DNA from: Octopus vulgaris | Lineage: Eukaryota | Length of the DNA stretch: 64,000 nt | Direction: 5' to 3' | NCBI GenBank assembly: GCA_951406725.2 | Contig: OX597814.1 | Span: 7,440,001-7,504,000, forward strand | Part shown: piece by piece, positions 52,088-64,000 of the stretch | How the letters are laid out: each line of letters opens with the position of its first letter | How positions within the stretch are numbered: position 1 is the stretch's first letter | Position numbers and translations under genes: made by a program | Notes under the pieces: model-generated | What the model saw: only the letters and a program-made list of their open reading frames with translations | What the model was told of the DNA's origin: nothing | Database searches by the model: none

Positions 52088-53869
52088 ACACACAAACACT
52101 TATATATAAAAGAAGATTCTACTCTGTGTGGCATATTTTGCGAACGTATCAGTCGGTAGAGATAATAATTAGAAGGAGATAAGCTGTTAGTAAATGGATT
52201 TAGTTGCATCAGATACATGGGGGATCTTAATAAGATTGTTGATTCTCTTTAGCTTCAGATTAAGCTGATCTTTCATAAGAGACATTCCTCCCGTGACTAT
52301 CCCATACATTTCCTGTGTACAGAGAATCCAGTATCATAATTCCTGATGTATTAACTTTAGGTTGGCTGAGTTTGATATCAGGGAACATTCTCGGCTACTT
52401 CTTGTAGGTGAAGCCTTCTTTATGAACCTTCTTCTATTCTTTTCTGAATTCTTGAAACAGTTGATGGAGTTACAGACCAATCAGCTGCTGTCTTACTCAC
52501 ACATTTCTCCATTCTTTTACCAAATTTCAATCTGAGCTCGTTTCTCATGCTTCTTCTTTGTCATTTTTATTTGGCATCTGAAGATGAATTTGGACATGAC
52601 TGTCAAGAGAAATGCTTACACAGACAAGATTGTTTGAGTTTTCTAGTGTTAAAAATAACATTTTGGAAAATCCAATTTACTAAAAGTAATAAGCCTATTT
52701 AAATGTGCAGGGGTGACTAAAGCTTCTCAGGTTACTGTGCATGCATGAATAAAATTGGGTTATCCGCATGAATGATGTTAACGTATTCTTTACAGATATA
52801 TATTTACAATTTTATACATATATTTATATATTTCACACGCACAGGAAATAGTTTACACCTATTCAGGCATAGTTCTGACAATACAGTCTGTATACCACAA
52901 CTTGGGTTCTGTTTTGATCAGGAAAGCACAGAAGAAGGTTGTTTTGTTGGTTGAGAAATATTATTGATGCTTTTAAGAAATTGGCTTACTTTTTGTTTCC
53001 CAGTATTTGTTGTACGTATATCATTGAAATCGAGAGACTCGCAAAAGGTAAGAGAATTATCATTTTCTTGGTTTAGCAACATGTCAGTGTTGCGGGAGTA
53101 GATCTATGATACAAGACGTTCTAACCTTGACCACCACCCTCTCTATTCATATGCATTGTCCACCAATGTATTTCCTTTCTAAGAATTGAAGGAAGGATTT
53201 GAGAGATATTTGGCTGTTATTTTTAGTATTTTGTTTTCTTTGGAGGAGTTTACTGTGAGACGAGGTGTCTGTCTGAGGATAAACCATGAATCAATCCGGT
53301 TTTCTTTTTCTCTCTGGGGTTGGAAACCCTTTAAATGCTGTTCCCTTTCCTTTCCTGTTTGTTATTGTTATTTTTGTTGTTTAACACCTTTTCATCCAGA
53401 AGAAGTCTCTGTCTTCTCGTGAAAAAGTTTCTGTGATGTTCATAACTCCTCCCCTGACTACTGTCACTACTATTACAACTTGTATAATAACCGTTGCGGT
53501 TGTGCCTGCTATTTGCCATAGTTGTAGTAGAGGGACAATGGTCAGTTATTTTAGCTTGTGACGTAGTTTAGCTGGTAGGCTGTATAGTATTTGTTGTAAT
53601 GTTATTAACTGCGAAACCACATAGGGGTTCCAACGTCGTCCAGGTTTTCGTTTATATTGTTTGAGAGAAGCTTAATTCCAGATCTTTTCCCAAAATATAT
53701 CCTTCATTCAAAATTATACTGAAACTGTGTATTTTGAACAATATTCCTGATTATTCTATAATATTTAATTTTTTTACAAAAGAAAGACAAAGAAAAGAAG
53801 AACTATAAAGGGAAGAAAAAGAAAGAGAAAGAAAACATCAATGCAGCTCCAATTTCTTCAGTTGGTCAA

Positions 53870-54150
53870 ACGCCACAAAGCCCAACGGAACCTACTGAAG
53901 CGAGTCAACACTTCACTGCATTATCAGGATCGAAGGCGAGGCTAAGGCGTCGGAAAAGCCAAACGCCATCACAGGCATCACCCGACGCCTCGGGAAAGCG
54001 AGCTGCCAACGATGACAAGAACTTCGTTGTTAGCGGTTCACTTCCTTCAAACATCTCAAACGCCATAAGTTGGAAGAGACAGTTCAATCTCAGTTCCCGA
54101 TATTTCAAGGTTTTGTTCCGTTCGGCTACAAACTTTCTTCCTACGTCCCA
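53870..54150 (-). mobile_element. CRE-like non-LTR retrotransposon C-terminal (RLE) fragment
   Basis: AERNKTLKYREL...FQLMAFE..G...T.KFL..LA.R...SGD...WLFRRLSLA...NA resembles the CRE-clade C-terminus (K..KY ... P.AFE..G ... FQRLS.A..RGNA). Confidence 0.65.
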
Positions 54151-54939
54151 CAAACGTTGCTTGTTGGCGTAATTGTTTCGCAGTAAAATAATTTAGTTGT
54201 GGATGCGGATCGTCCATGTATGGTTCCAATCTGATCAAACATCCAACGACGGGGTTTTGTTTAGCTCTTCTATAACAATTAATAAATCTGTCCTCAATTC
54301 ATAAATCCAAGAAAAAAAGATGAGTTTTGTGGTTAGGGTTTCTTCTCTAACTACAGCTAGAAAGAATCTGTTTATCTGTTGAGCTGTTGTTTTTGTTCTG
54401 TTCCTTGGTTGTGTTGTTGTTGATGTTGTGTCCAGCCATGTTGTTTGTAGTAAATCTCTGCATGCTAAATTCAAGTTTCAGTCGAAAATCAATACAATCT
54501 TTAATAAAAGGCTCCTTCAGTTAATTCTGAAGATTAACCAGTTATTTAACAGGGCTTCAAAGATGGAGATAGTATTCATCGTATCTTCCATAAATAGTCT
54601 TCCATACTAAATACGCGACGTGTCACTTCGAGCCAGCCTGTCCGTATGTATGTATGTATGTATGTATGTATGTATGTATGTATGTATGTATGTATGTATG
54701 TATTTTTATGTATGTATGTATGTATGTATGTATGTATGTATGTATGTATGTATGTATGTACGTATGTAAGTATGTATTTATGCATGTATGAATGTATGTA
54801 TGTATGTATGTATTTAATAAGAAGGATTTATCTACATTCATTCCAGGAAATGGCATTGTGCCTTATTTATGAGGTTGCTGTGCTCTACTAGAAGTTCCCG
54901 AAGTCCATACATACGGTATGAGTGTGAGACAGGAATATA

Positions 54940-55290
54940 TCAGCTCATCAAATAAGTTCTGTCCGATTTTATCTTTTTTAAAATTGAATGAAATTTAATA
55001 TTATTATAGAATGTCTATTGGAATTTAAAATTATTTTTATGCATTTGTGTTCATTTAAACTAATGAAATATTATTTTACAGAATAATAGAATTAAAATTT
55101 CTTTCATTAAAACACTTTCTAACATGGAAGTATCCAAAGAGCATTTAAAGAACATAATTTATGAGTAGAAAAAAGGAAACTCTGCAGCGGAAGCGACTCG
55201 AAACATACACCCAGTTTATGGGGAAAAATGCTTGAATGAAAGAACTTGCAGAAGATGGTTTGCAAAATTCAGAAGTGGAGATTTCAGCCT
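54940..55290 (+). mobile_element. Mariner 5' fragment (TIR-like end and N-terminal HTH)
   Basis: TA|TCAGCTCATCAAATAAGTTCTGTCCGATTT end; MEVSKEHL...E*KKGNSAAEATRNIHPVYGEKCLNERTCRRWFAKFRSGDFS (Mos1-type HTH). Confidence 0.8.
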
Positions 55291-56248
55291 ATTGAGGAGG
55301 CCAAAAGTCAACAATGTGTTGAAGTATTGAATCAAAAGGATCTAACTCTTTTAATTCAATCCCTTGTCGCCAAATAAACTCAACGTTTTAGAGGGGAGAT
55401 GGCCTAATTTTTGAATGGCAATTTTTTACTGGGGCTGAGGCAACTGAAAAGTGCCAAAGAATCGTTGAAAACAGGGCAAATTGGAAAAACGTGCTTGCAG
55501 GGAGCAGTCACTTACTGTGCTTCATTATTAGCAACGCCACTGGAAGAATGCAAGAGAGACAAAGATTTACATCAGTAAAATGTTTTCAGTAGGAATTTTG
55601 CCATTTAATGAGTTTGCTTCGCTAGAGTTGATCAGAGCGGCTGTAAAAAGCTAACTTTGTTTTTATGTTAAAAGTTATATGAATAACCTAGAACACTGAA
55701 TGGAGGAGTAGAATATTAGACAATAGTGACACTGGGGGACTTTATAAATTCAGTATCTTTTTTTATATTTGCTTTTTAAACGCTGGTTATTGCAGATAAA
55801 AAAATCATCTGTTCCATTGTGGTGTTGAGGAGTTTCACAAACTCGTACAATCAGATGTTAATCGACTGTTAATAAAGAGAACTGTTTTTTACGTCATCTA
55901 TATTGAAACCTGCGTATTTTCAGTTCAAATATAACTTGATTCAGTTATGATGCTAATTTTAATACCTTGAACTAGGTAGCATCGAATGCAATAGAACATC
56001 TCCTGCAACCGTTGAATAGAACATCTCCTGCAACCGTTGAATAGAAAATATTGACCTTGAAACGGGGATATGTTTAACCATAAAAGAGGTACTCGGCAAC
56101 AGAAAAATGCATTGATTTCTCAGATACATTGACCACAACACTTATGATTATTTCGTAACATTGCAAATGTCTATGAAATAAAGAAACGGAGTCGAATCTT
56201 CATTACTTAATATGCTTTGTTTTTTCATATTTTTACAGATAACCAAAT

Positions 56249-58470
56249 ATGGCTGCCGTGCAGACGACAACAACAGCAACCAGTTCTCTTATTCTTTCAA
56301 TCATTCTTATTATCACACTGACATCACAAAACATCGAAGCGAAGGAACTCGGCAATGATTGTGAAGTTAAAATCCCTCCCAATATCGGTGAGATTTTATC
56401 TCGTTTAGTAAAATTAGAAAAAGAGGTTTTCAATTTTGAAGTCCATTTATCAAACAAGACACTTGATGAACTTCTTAATCCTGTGGCATTGGATTATTTT
56501 GCAAATGCGAGGAGTTTTACGTGGATTCCAGATAAATCAGGCGCTTTAACTCTATATAGAACTTTCTCCTATGATTTTTCAATGCACACTTTTAATATGT
56601 TGGACGTCTACGTTGCTAAACAAAGGATTGACATCAATATCACTTGTGGAAAACAAAATATTCAGAGACACGATCTAATATATTTGATTTTCAAGGAATT
56701 GAAAAGAATTTTATTTATCGATAAATTGCAAATGGGAGAATCTGGATACATGTGTTTTTTTATAAATATGTCTCAAGACATGAAGAAGAACAGCCCTCAC
56801 TCATTTGAAACTTACAGAAGAATTGGTATAAATCGAGAAATTATAAAGAACTATTGCTGTAAACTCTATAAAAATGAAAGTAATCTTTATCGCCCCAAAT
56901 CCATTTGTTCAGGAAAAATCATTCAAAATGCTAACTTTTTTAATTATTTAGATATTTTCGGAGGGGTTTTGTGGCTATTTTTCCCATTAATTATTAGCTT
57001 TGTATCAAAAGCTAAATTACCTTCACATTCCCGTCAACTCAATCTGCCACTGTTTGCTCACGATGAATTCTTATTTACAATTAAAAACACATTGCCACAC
57101 GAATCCGAGTGGATCAATGGAAAACATAATATTTAAACATTCTCTCATTTTCTGTCTTGGTTGTTTTGCTTTCACCATTCCACTCTCTTAGCCTCAAGGC
57201 TGAGAAGATTTCTTTGTATTCTATTTTCTCTTTCAGTAATTTTCCTGGATCTTTTGATGCATTACTTCTTTTTATATGAAACAATAGCAATACTTTTCCA
57301 AGATGGTATACCATTGGGACATCGCGCCTTAATATTAGGAATCCCAGAAAGTTATGAGAATACTGATGGCTTTTTTGGTGGTCCTTTTGTGTGGTTAATC
57401 TCTTACGTATCTTTCAACTTTATCCTCTTCGTTCTTCCCAGTCGTTTAAGTGAGACTATCGCTTATAACACGTTACATCAAAGATCCACTTTCACGTTTC
57501 TCATTCAAAATATTAGATTATTAGAGAAGTATGGCAATTTAGATGTTTCTACACTACAGGATTATGATCTACTCAATGCAATAATGGAAGCTAATGTTTC
57601 TACAGCTTTAAACCCAAATTTCTGGTATTTAATAATTTATACTTGGATTAATCGTATAAAGAAAATTTGGTTATATTACTACAGGAGAAATATTTTCTGG
57701 AAATTCATTACACTTTGGCTCTTTGTTTCCATTACAATTTTATTTGCTGTATTTTCTGTCTGTGAATTATTTCTGTGCCTCGTTTATTATGGAATCCCAA
57801 TTGTTTATCTGATTTTAACTTTACCATTAAGTTATTTCAGAGTTTATATTTACCCCCTGTATTTGAATCCTAACTATATTTTCAAGATTATTGCTTTCAT
57901 TTTAACATTCATATCGTTTCTATATTTTCTAGTGTGGGCAATTTATTCAATCTATATATCTCTTACAAGTTTTCAAGTCGTTTTCGGCTATATATTTTCA
58001 ATAGCTGTTGCACTACTTGCTAAGCCTGGTACCGTTGGTGATATATGGTTTGTTTCCATGTTTCTTCTCTATGGTATTGCAATCATAAAATCTATTCAGA
58101 AACGGTATGACTTTATTCTACTCGAATCCATAAAGCTCACCAAAATTCTTCGTCCAAATTTAGTTCAGTCAAAATATGGGGAAGAATTCATAAACACCAC
58201 TTTGTTTAAGACAATTGTTAACCAGCGTTTTCCATTGAGAAATGAGATTGGTAAATCCATTGTAAAACTGTTTTAATCGTATCTTTTTTCTTTGCTTGCA
58301 ACAATATAATAAGTCTAGAAGAGTTGCACTTATCAGCATTCACAAAGATTACTTTGATATTGATGACGTCTATGATACCTAAATTATTGTCTATGATAAA
58401 TGCAGATCGTAGGTTAACAATAACCATGTTAGATAAAATGATCCAAACAATAAACTTATTTGAAGAATGA
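56249..58470 (+). pseudogene. Uncharacterised multi-pass membrane protein, copy B; nonsense codon at 57134-57136 and 1-bp deletion near 58272
   Basis: Colinear with copy A over the full 2222 nt; TAC->TAA substitution and a frameshift in GTTTT; acceptor AG at 56237-56238. Confidence 0.8.
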
Positions 58471-58679
58471 AATACATCACGGAGAAGTTTATCAAGTTAT
58501 TTGATATTCTTCGATAAAATCAAAATTCCTTCAAAGTGTTTTATGAATTCTAACCTACGTTCTGTAACATAATAATAGTAGTAGTAGTAGTAGTAATAAT
58601 AGTATTGTAGTAGTGGTAATAATAATAATAATAATTGTTCTGCCATTCTCACAGTTACAAACACACTCAGCCGCCTCCT

Positions 58680-58968
58680 ATACCTACCTACCTACCTACC
58701 TACCTACCTACCTACCTACCTACCTACCTACCTACCTACCTACCTACCTACCTACCTACCTACCTACCTACCTACCTACCTACCTACCTACCTACCTACA
58801 TACATACACAAATACACACATACATACATAGATACACACATACACGCTTACATACATAATACATACACACATACACACATACATACATACACACATACAC
58901 ACATACATATATACATACATACATACATACATACATACATACATACATACATACATACATACATACAC
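58680..58968. repeat. (CCTA)n and (TACA)n microsatellites
   Basis: Direct reading. Confidence 0.95.
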
Positions 58969-59252
58969 TTTATAAATTATTAGATAATTATTTACCAGTG
59001 GCTATCATGCTTAACAGGAGTCAGAAGACATACATATATTTAAATATAATATTATATGAAAACATACAAGAAAACTACCATGTGGATTTCTTACATGCTA
59101 AAAATGGCAGTCGAAGCCTGAAACCATGAAAGAATATTTCTTACATTAAAGCATGTTTATGTGTACTGATGACGCGTGTTATCCTAGGAATACCTGTTAC
59201 AACTATCCTGTTACCACCCAACCCCTGGAAACCATTGAAATATATAATCTCA

Positions 59253-60350
59253 AACAATTCTTCATTGCTTAATCTTATCTTTCTGTCTGGTTTAATCCAG
59301 ATTTTTGTTTATTTTGTTTCGAATCGAATAAAGAATTTATTTTGATATCAACTATAATGTTGTTTGACTTTCTTCTCCGAATCCACGCCTCTGGGCGCTC
59401 TGTATTATTATTCTCTATCCATTTCTGAGTTTGTGTGTGTTTATGTATATGTGTGCATGGGTTTGGGTGCGTGTGTATGTGTGTGTATTAATCAAACAGT
59501 TGAGACTCATTGTTGGGTCTGTCAAAAGAATTGAAAAATGAACAACCCTCAAAATCAAGAATTTAAAGGAATTGCAAATGAATGCAAACATGAATTTCAA
59601 AAAAAAACGTCACATCTTCTGCATTACTTGCCTACAATTCGACGAGAATTACATTGGAGGAACAGAAACAAATTTCACCAACCGTGTGAACGTCCTCAAA
59701 TAGTAAATTAAAAATTCATCTTTTAGAAATGGTCCACGTAATAAACATGTAAACATTTGTGCAAATGGAAAATAGAAAATATTCCCTTTTTACAAAATAA
59801 AAGACGAAAATATCCAGCTATGAAAGGCACTTTATAAGACTTCCCAATGTGAAACTAAACCAAACTGATTATTAAAAACAACTTTCTCTACACGCAATAC
59901 CCCAGATCATGTGTTTTGTAGAAGTTCAACAACGAAAGCGGTTACATACAAAATACAAAGGCTTTGTGACATTCTATTCTCTAAATAAATTTTAAACAGT
60001 TAATAAATTTTAAAAGTAAAAAAAAACCCACTAAAAGAGAATGTCTCTCCCTAGACATTTACAAGATCTTTCATAAAATATTTTGAGATTATCAAATACA
60101 TTTAGAAAAACATTTACCCACACACATCCATATGACGGTGCTGCAGAATGGTCGCAGTCAAATGGCTTAAACATGTAAAACAATAAAAGAATATATACAT
60201 ATCCTCGGTGCCACAAGCATTTTTGTCGCCCCCATCTTGAATTCAACGCATCTCTACATGTTGTAAATAGATTAGAAATATCTGGAAAATATATTTTCAG
60301 AACTCCTGTTTCCGTCGCCGAGGTGACTGTCTCGCTATCAGGCCATATAT
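59253..60350 (+). repeat. Segmental duplicate of 41863-43000, including the GIY-YIG relic
   Basis: AAACAATTCTTCATTGCTTAATC ... TCAGGCCATATAT is colinear in both units. Confidence 0.9.
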
Positions 60351-60884
60351 ATATATACAGGATAAAGTGTAAAATTAATTAATCAATTAATAATTAATAA
60401 TTTTACAAAGCAGTTCGGTATGTTAAAAGAACCATTATCGGTAAACTTATACAAAATTTCTATAATTACGTGCATAATTATAATTAGTGTTTAGCAAAAT
60501 TTGCTTCACCAGACACCGAAATTTAGAAACAGCAGTTAAAATACTATTCTACTATCATAAGATATCTCCCTGACAGCAATACTCTACATTTCACGCAGCT
60601 AAAGAGAAAAATAGTGAATCCACCGGCAACAATGGCGCAAAACAGGGAAAGAAAGTAAACGCTATCTTTTTGATTGCAGATATAGAAGTGATTAGTTTTA
60701 ATTTTATAAATCCTTTTATGTGCCAATCATGAATGGAATAATGGCCAACTTAACTCATATCAATCGGCAAAAGACGATCCCGATGCTAGCTCTATGAAAT
60801 GTCTGAAATCATACTTTGGTAAGCTTCATCAAGATCTCAATCATTTCACGGCGAAAGAGACAGAGATAGGAGGCACTGTGTCGT

Positions 60885-61190
60885 TTACGATGGTGAGCGT
60901 TCCAGTTGATCCAATCGATGGAACATTCTGTCCATGAAATTAACGTGCCAGTGGCTGAGTACTCCACAGACACGCGTACCTTTCACGTAGTTTCTAGAGA
61001 GATTCAGCGTGACACAGAATGCAACAAGGCTGGCTCTTTGAATTACTCCTTTTGGCAAGCTGAGTGGAATGGAGAGAACGTGAAATAAAGTGTGTTGCTC
61101 AAGGATAGGACATAGCACTCCGCCAGGTATCGAATTTACGACCTTACAATCATTGAGTGGAACACACTGACCACTAAGCCACGCGCCCTC
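60885..61190 (-). mobile_element. Near full-length tRNA-derived SINE
   Basis: Minus strand starts GAGGGCGCGTGGCTTAGTGGTCAG (A box) ... AATTCGATACC (B-box-like), then a CCTTGAGCAACACACTTTATTTCAC core. Confidence 0.7.
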
Positions 61191-61766
61191 ACGGCCAAAC
61201 AATTCCACCAACTATTAACATTTGTTGAACGCAAAAAAATAGTTGATGAAATCATTTCTAAAAAATGATGAATGTAATCTTATTTCTGAAGCTGTAAACA
61301 CTGCACAAATATCATGGCGGAGACATTTTCTTAGACAAGCATTTCTTCAACAGCAAACAGGCTCCACACTCTGTTACCATGCTGCATAACAATAAGGATG
61401 ACCCCTCTGCACTTAGTACTTCATCGCATATCCAAAATGAAGGTCCGCAACATTTTATCAGCGAAACCATACAACTATAAAACGTATGCTATCAGCTGGT
61501 GGGGCGAGGATCAGAAACACAGAAAGTCTATTTTTAGAGATGTCTTTTAATAAATTGCTTCATGTTTAAAAACTCCTCCACCAGAAAAGAATCCGTCAAA
61601 GATTATAACTCACTTAAAAATCAAACAAAGAAATAGTATGAGTCACGAAATTGGAGAAGATTTGCAACAGCATAAATACTGACAACGTTCATCAGTAGAA
61701 TAAATTTGGTTGAAAGCCTTAATTCCTGGGTACGTCTGACAGCTCTGTGTCTCTATTTTCTTGAAT

Positions 61767-61808
<42 letters not shown>

Positions 61809-62246
61809 AATATACATATGGAAAATCCTGGACGGTTATGTGTTCCCAATTTTGACAGAGAGAGAGCTATAATGCTGACACTGTCAGCTTCCAAATATAT
61901 CACCTTCAAAATCACAAGCAAAAACACCCCTTTGTACCCGCCTGATTTTCAGAGGCCCCCAATTCTTCAACTACCTACCAAAAGAAGTCAGAAGTAAAAA
62001 CGGAACTTCAAGTGAAACATTACAAAATAAAACAATAACATTGGATACACTCCGAATGAGGATACCGGACCAGGCGACGACCATTCAAGGATACACTCAG
62101 GATGAAGACCAGCTGCTACAAATCCAGTAATGGACCAACTTCCAGCCAGCTGCTACAAATCCAGTAATGAGAACAAATCTGAAAGAAAATAAATTAAGGT
62201 GGTGCTCCAGTATGGCAGCAATGCCACGACTGAACCATTAAAAGAA

Positions 62247-62595
62247 TAACAAGAGCACAAACCTCCGCCAAGGCAACACCAACGTCCTCTCAACGATTAG
62301 CCAGAGATGAGTTTTAAAATGAGAATACCTGAAATAAACTCGACTGCTCTCAGAGAATACTAAAAATGAATCCGAACGCTCTCAATAATTAAGTAAAAAA
62401 TAGGAAAAATAATCCAGAATCCTTGTCCAGTAGCTGATCAATTGCAAAATCTAATAGGTTCGTGCCAGTCACGAGGCCAAACATCTCTGAAAGTTTCATG
62501 CGAATCCATCCACCGGTTCTTGAGAATCTTGTCCACGGACAGACTAACAAACACGACTTAAAAAATACCTCTTCCTTAAGGAAGGCGGATGTAAT
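62247..62595. mobile_element. Helentron/DINE-1-like non-autonomous element
   Basis: AACAAGAGC...AACCTCCGCCAAGG at one end; AAGTTTCATGCGAATCC...GGACAGAC and a terminal hairpin TTCCTTAAGGAA-GGCGGATGTAAT complementary to the sub-terminal CCTCCGCC at the other. Confidence 0.5.
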
Positions 62596-63479
62596 GAAAG
62601 AACAAGGTAAACAATAGATTGTTGATCTACGGAATTATTGATCAGTTATGCTCTGTTGCTTATCACACACCAACAAACAAATGAGTAACCCTCACCACAC
62701 CAACCAAGTCCGCCGAAAAATAAAATGGGAACAATGTTTAGAGACAGATGAAATGAGTATAAATGAATTAGTCTGGAAGAGGAGCGGAGAGCTGAGAGTA
62801 GAAACGTGGTAGCAGGAAGAGGAGATGAGAATAAATTAATTAACCAATAATTACATCGCAACCAATCAGTTGCTCAATGAGATATGAGGGGGGTCAATCA
62901 ATGAATGTCACAAATACTCGTTCACAGGAAAGTAGGGGGTCGTTCATTGGGAAGGAAAATCTGGGGAGAAGTAAAGGGTTTGATTCAGATTGCAGGTTTT
63001 GATGAAACGATATGATGGAATGATTGTCTCTTCGATTTAAACAGAAACCAAAGGGATCAATGGTGGGAATTTTGTGATTGTAACAAAGCTGTAGAGAAGA
63101 AAGCAGCCAAAAGAGAATTGATTGTCGGATGGTAGAACACAAAACTGACTTTCTATGTAGGTAACTTATTGACTTTTACTATAAAACTTACAACGGAGAA
63201 GTAAACATACCAAGTTGATTGCACTGGTAGAAGAAAAACACTGATATCCAAAAGAGAGAATCGACAAACACTTGTCAAAGTTTGGGTTTTGTTGCCCTAG
63301 TAACCACAGCTTTTGAGATAAGGGTTTCTAACCTAGTGCAGTTGCTTCATCACCTCATTTTATATGTCTCTGTAAATTATGGAGCCAATCTGACTTCATC
63401 TACCGGCCCTTAAACCGTTCCCATCCCAAAATGAGGCAAACAAATTTTTCGCATTTCAGCTTTATAGATTTTGATTGTA

Positions 63480-64000
63480 TATTTCACATGCACAGGAAAT
63501 AGTTTACTCCGGTTCAAGCATAGTTCTGACAATACAGTCTGTCTACCACCACTTGGGTTCTGTTATGATCAGGAAAGCACAGAGGAAGGTTGTTTTGTTG
63601 GTTGAGAAAATTATTGATGCTTTAAAGAAATTAGCTTACTTTTTGTTTCCCAGTATTTGTTGTACGTATATCATTGAAATCGAGAGACTCGCAAAAGGTA
63701 GAGAATTATTATTTTCTTGGTTTAGCAACATGTCAGTGTTGCGGGAGTAGATCTATGATACAAGACGTTCTAACCTTGACCACCACCCTCTCTATTCATA
63801 TGCATTGTCCACCAATGTATTTCCTTTCTAATGATTGAAGGAATGATTTGAGAGATATTTGGCTGTTATTTTTAGTATTTTGTTTTCTTTGGAGGAGTTT
63901 ACAGTGAGACGAGGTGTCTGTCTGAGGATAAAGCATGAATCAATCTGGTTTTCTTTTTCTCTCTGGGGTTGGAACCCCTATAAATGCTGTTGCCTTACTT
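63480..64000 (+). repeat. Close copy of 52830-53345 (more diverged copy at ~33000-33230); likely start of a third duplication unit
   Basis: ATTTCACA.GCACAGGAAATAGTTTAC ... TCTCTGGGGTTGGAA is colinear to the window end. Confidence 0.85.

Noticed and set aside
60885-61190. Possible tRNA gene (also 17070 and 21492)
   Set aside because: Only A/B-box-like heads without a complete cloverleaf, followed by a SINE core.
62109-62170. 24-bp direct repeat CCAGCTGCTACAAATCCAGTAATG x2
   Set aside because: Simple local duplication with no associated structure.
60540-63150. Possible further Penelope-like ORF relics (60540-60860, 61210-61620, 62900-63150)
   Set aside because: Only faint motif resemblance; too decayed to support a call without a profile search.

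Overview
Eukaryotic, AT-rich, repeat-dominated genomic DNA. The [10 protein letters not shown]-type zinc-finger array and the SINE/LINE/microsatellite spectrum point to a coleoid cephalopod, probably Octopus (inference). Host genes: one intact single-exon C2H2 zinc-finger ORF (3474-4673, 13 fingers) and two tandem paralogues of an intronless ~740-aa multi-pass membrane protein with a Cys/N-glycan-rich ectodomain (39328-41549 with one frameshift; 56249-58470 with a nonsense codon and a frameshift). The paralogues lie in a segmental duplication whose third unit appears to start near 63480. The rest is mobile and repeated DNA: RTE, CR1, R4/Dong-like, CRE-like and Penelope-like retroelement fragments, mariner and piggyBac relics, a composite Helitron whose empty site is visible in the paralogous unit, nested MITEs/foldbacks, tRNA-derived SINEs, a 94-bp satellite, a 22-bp satellite built on AGATCAAAG plus GCCGACA, and very long (AAT)n/(GAT)n/(TACA)n tracts that produce most of the spurious ORFs. 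No rRNA, genuine tRNA or CRISPR array was found. Coordinates were read by eye; ends of degenerate elements are approximate.
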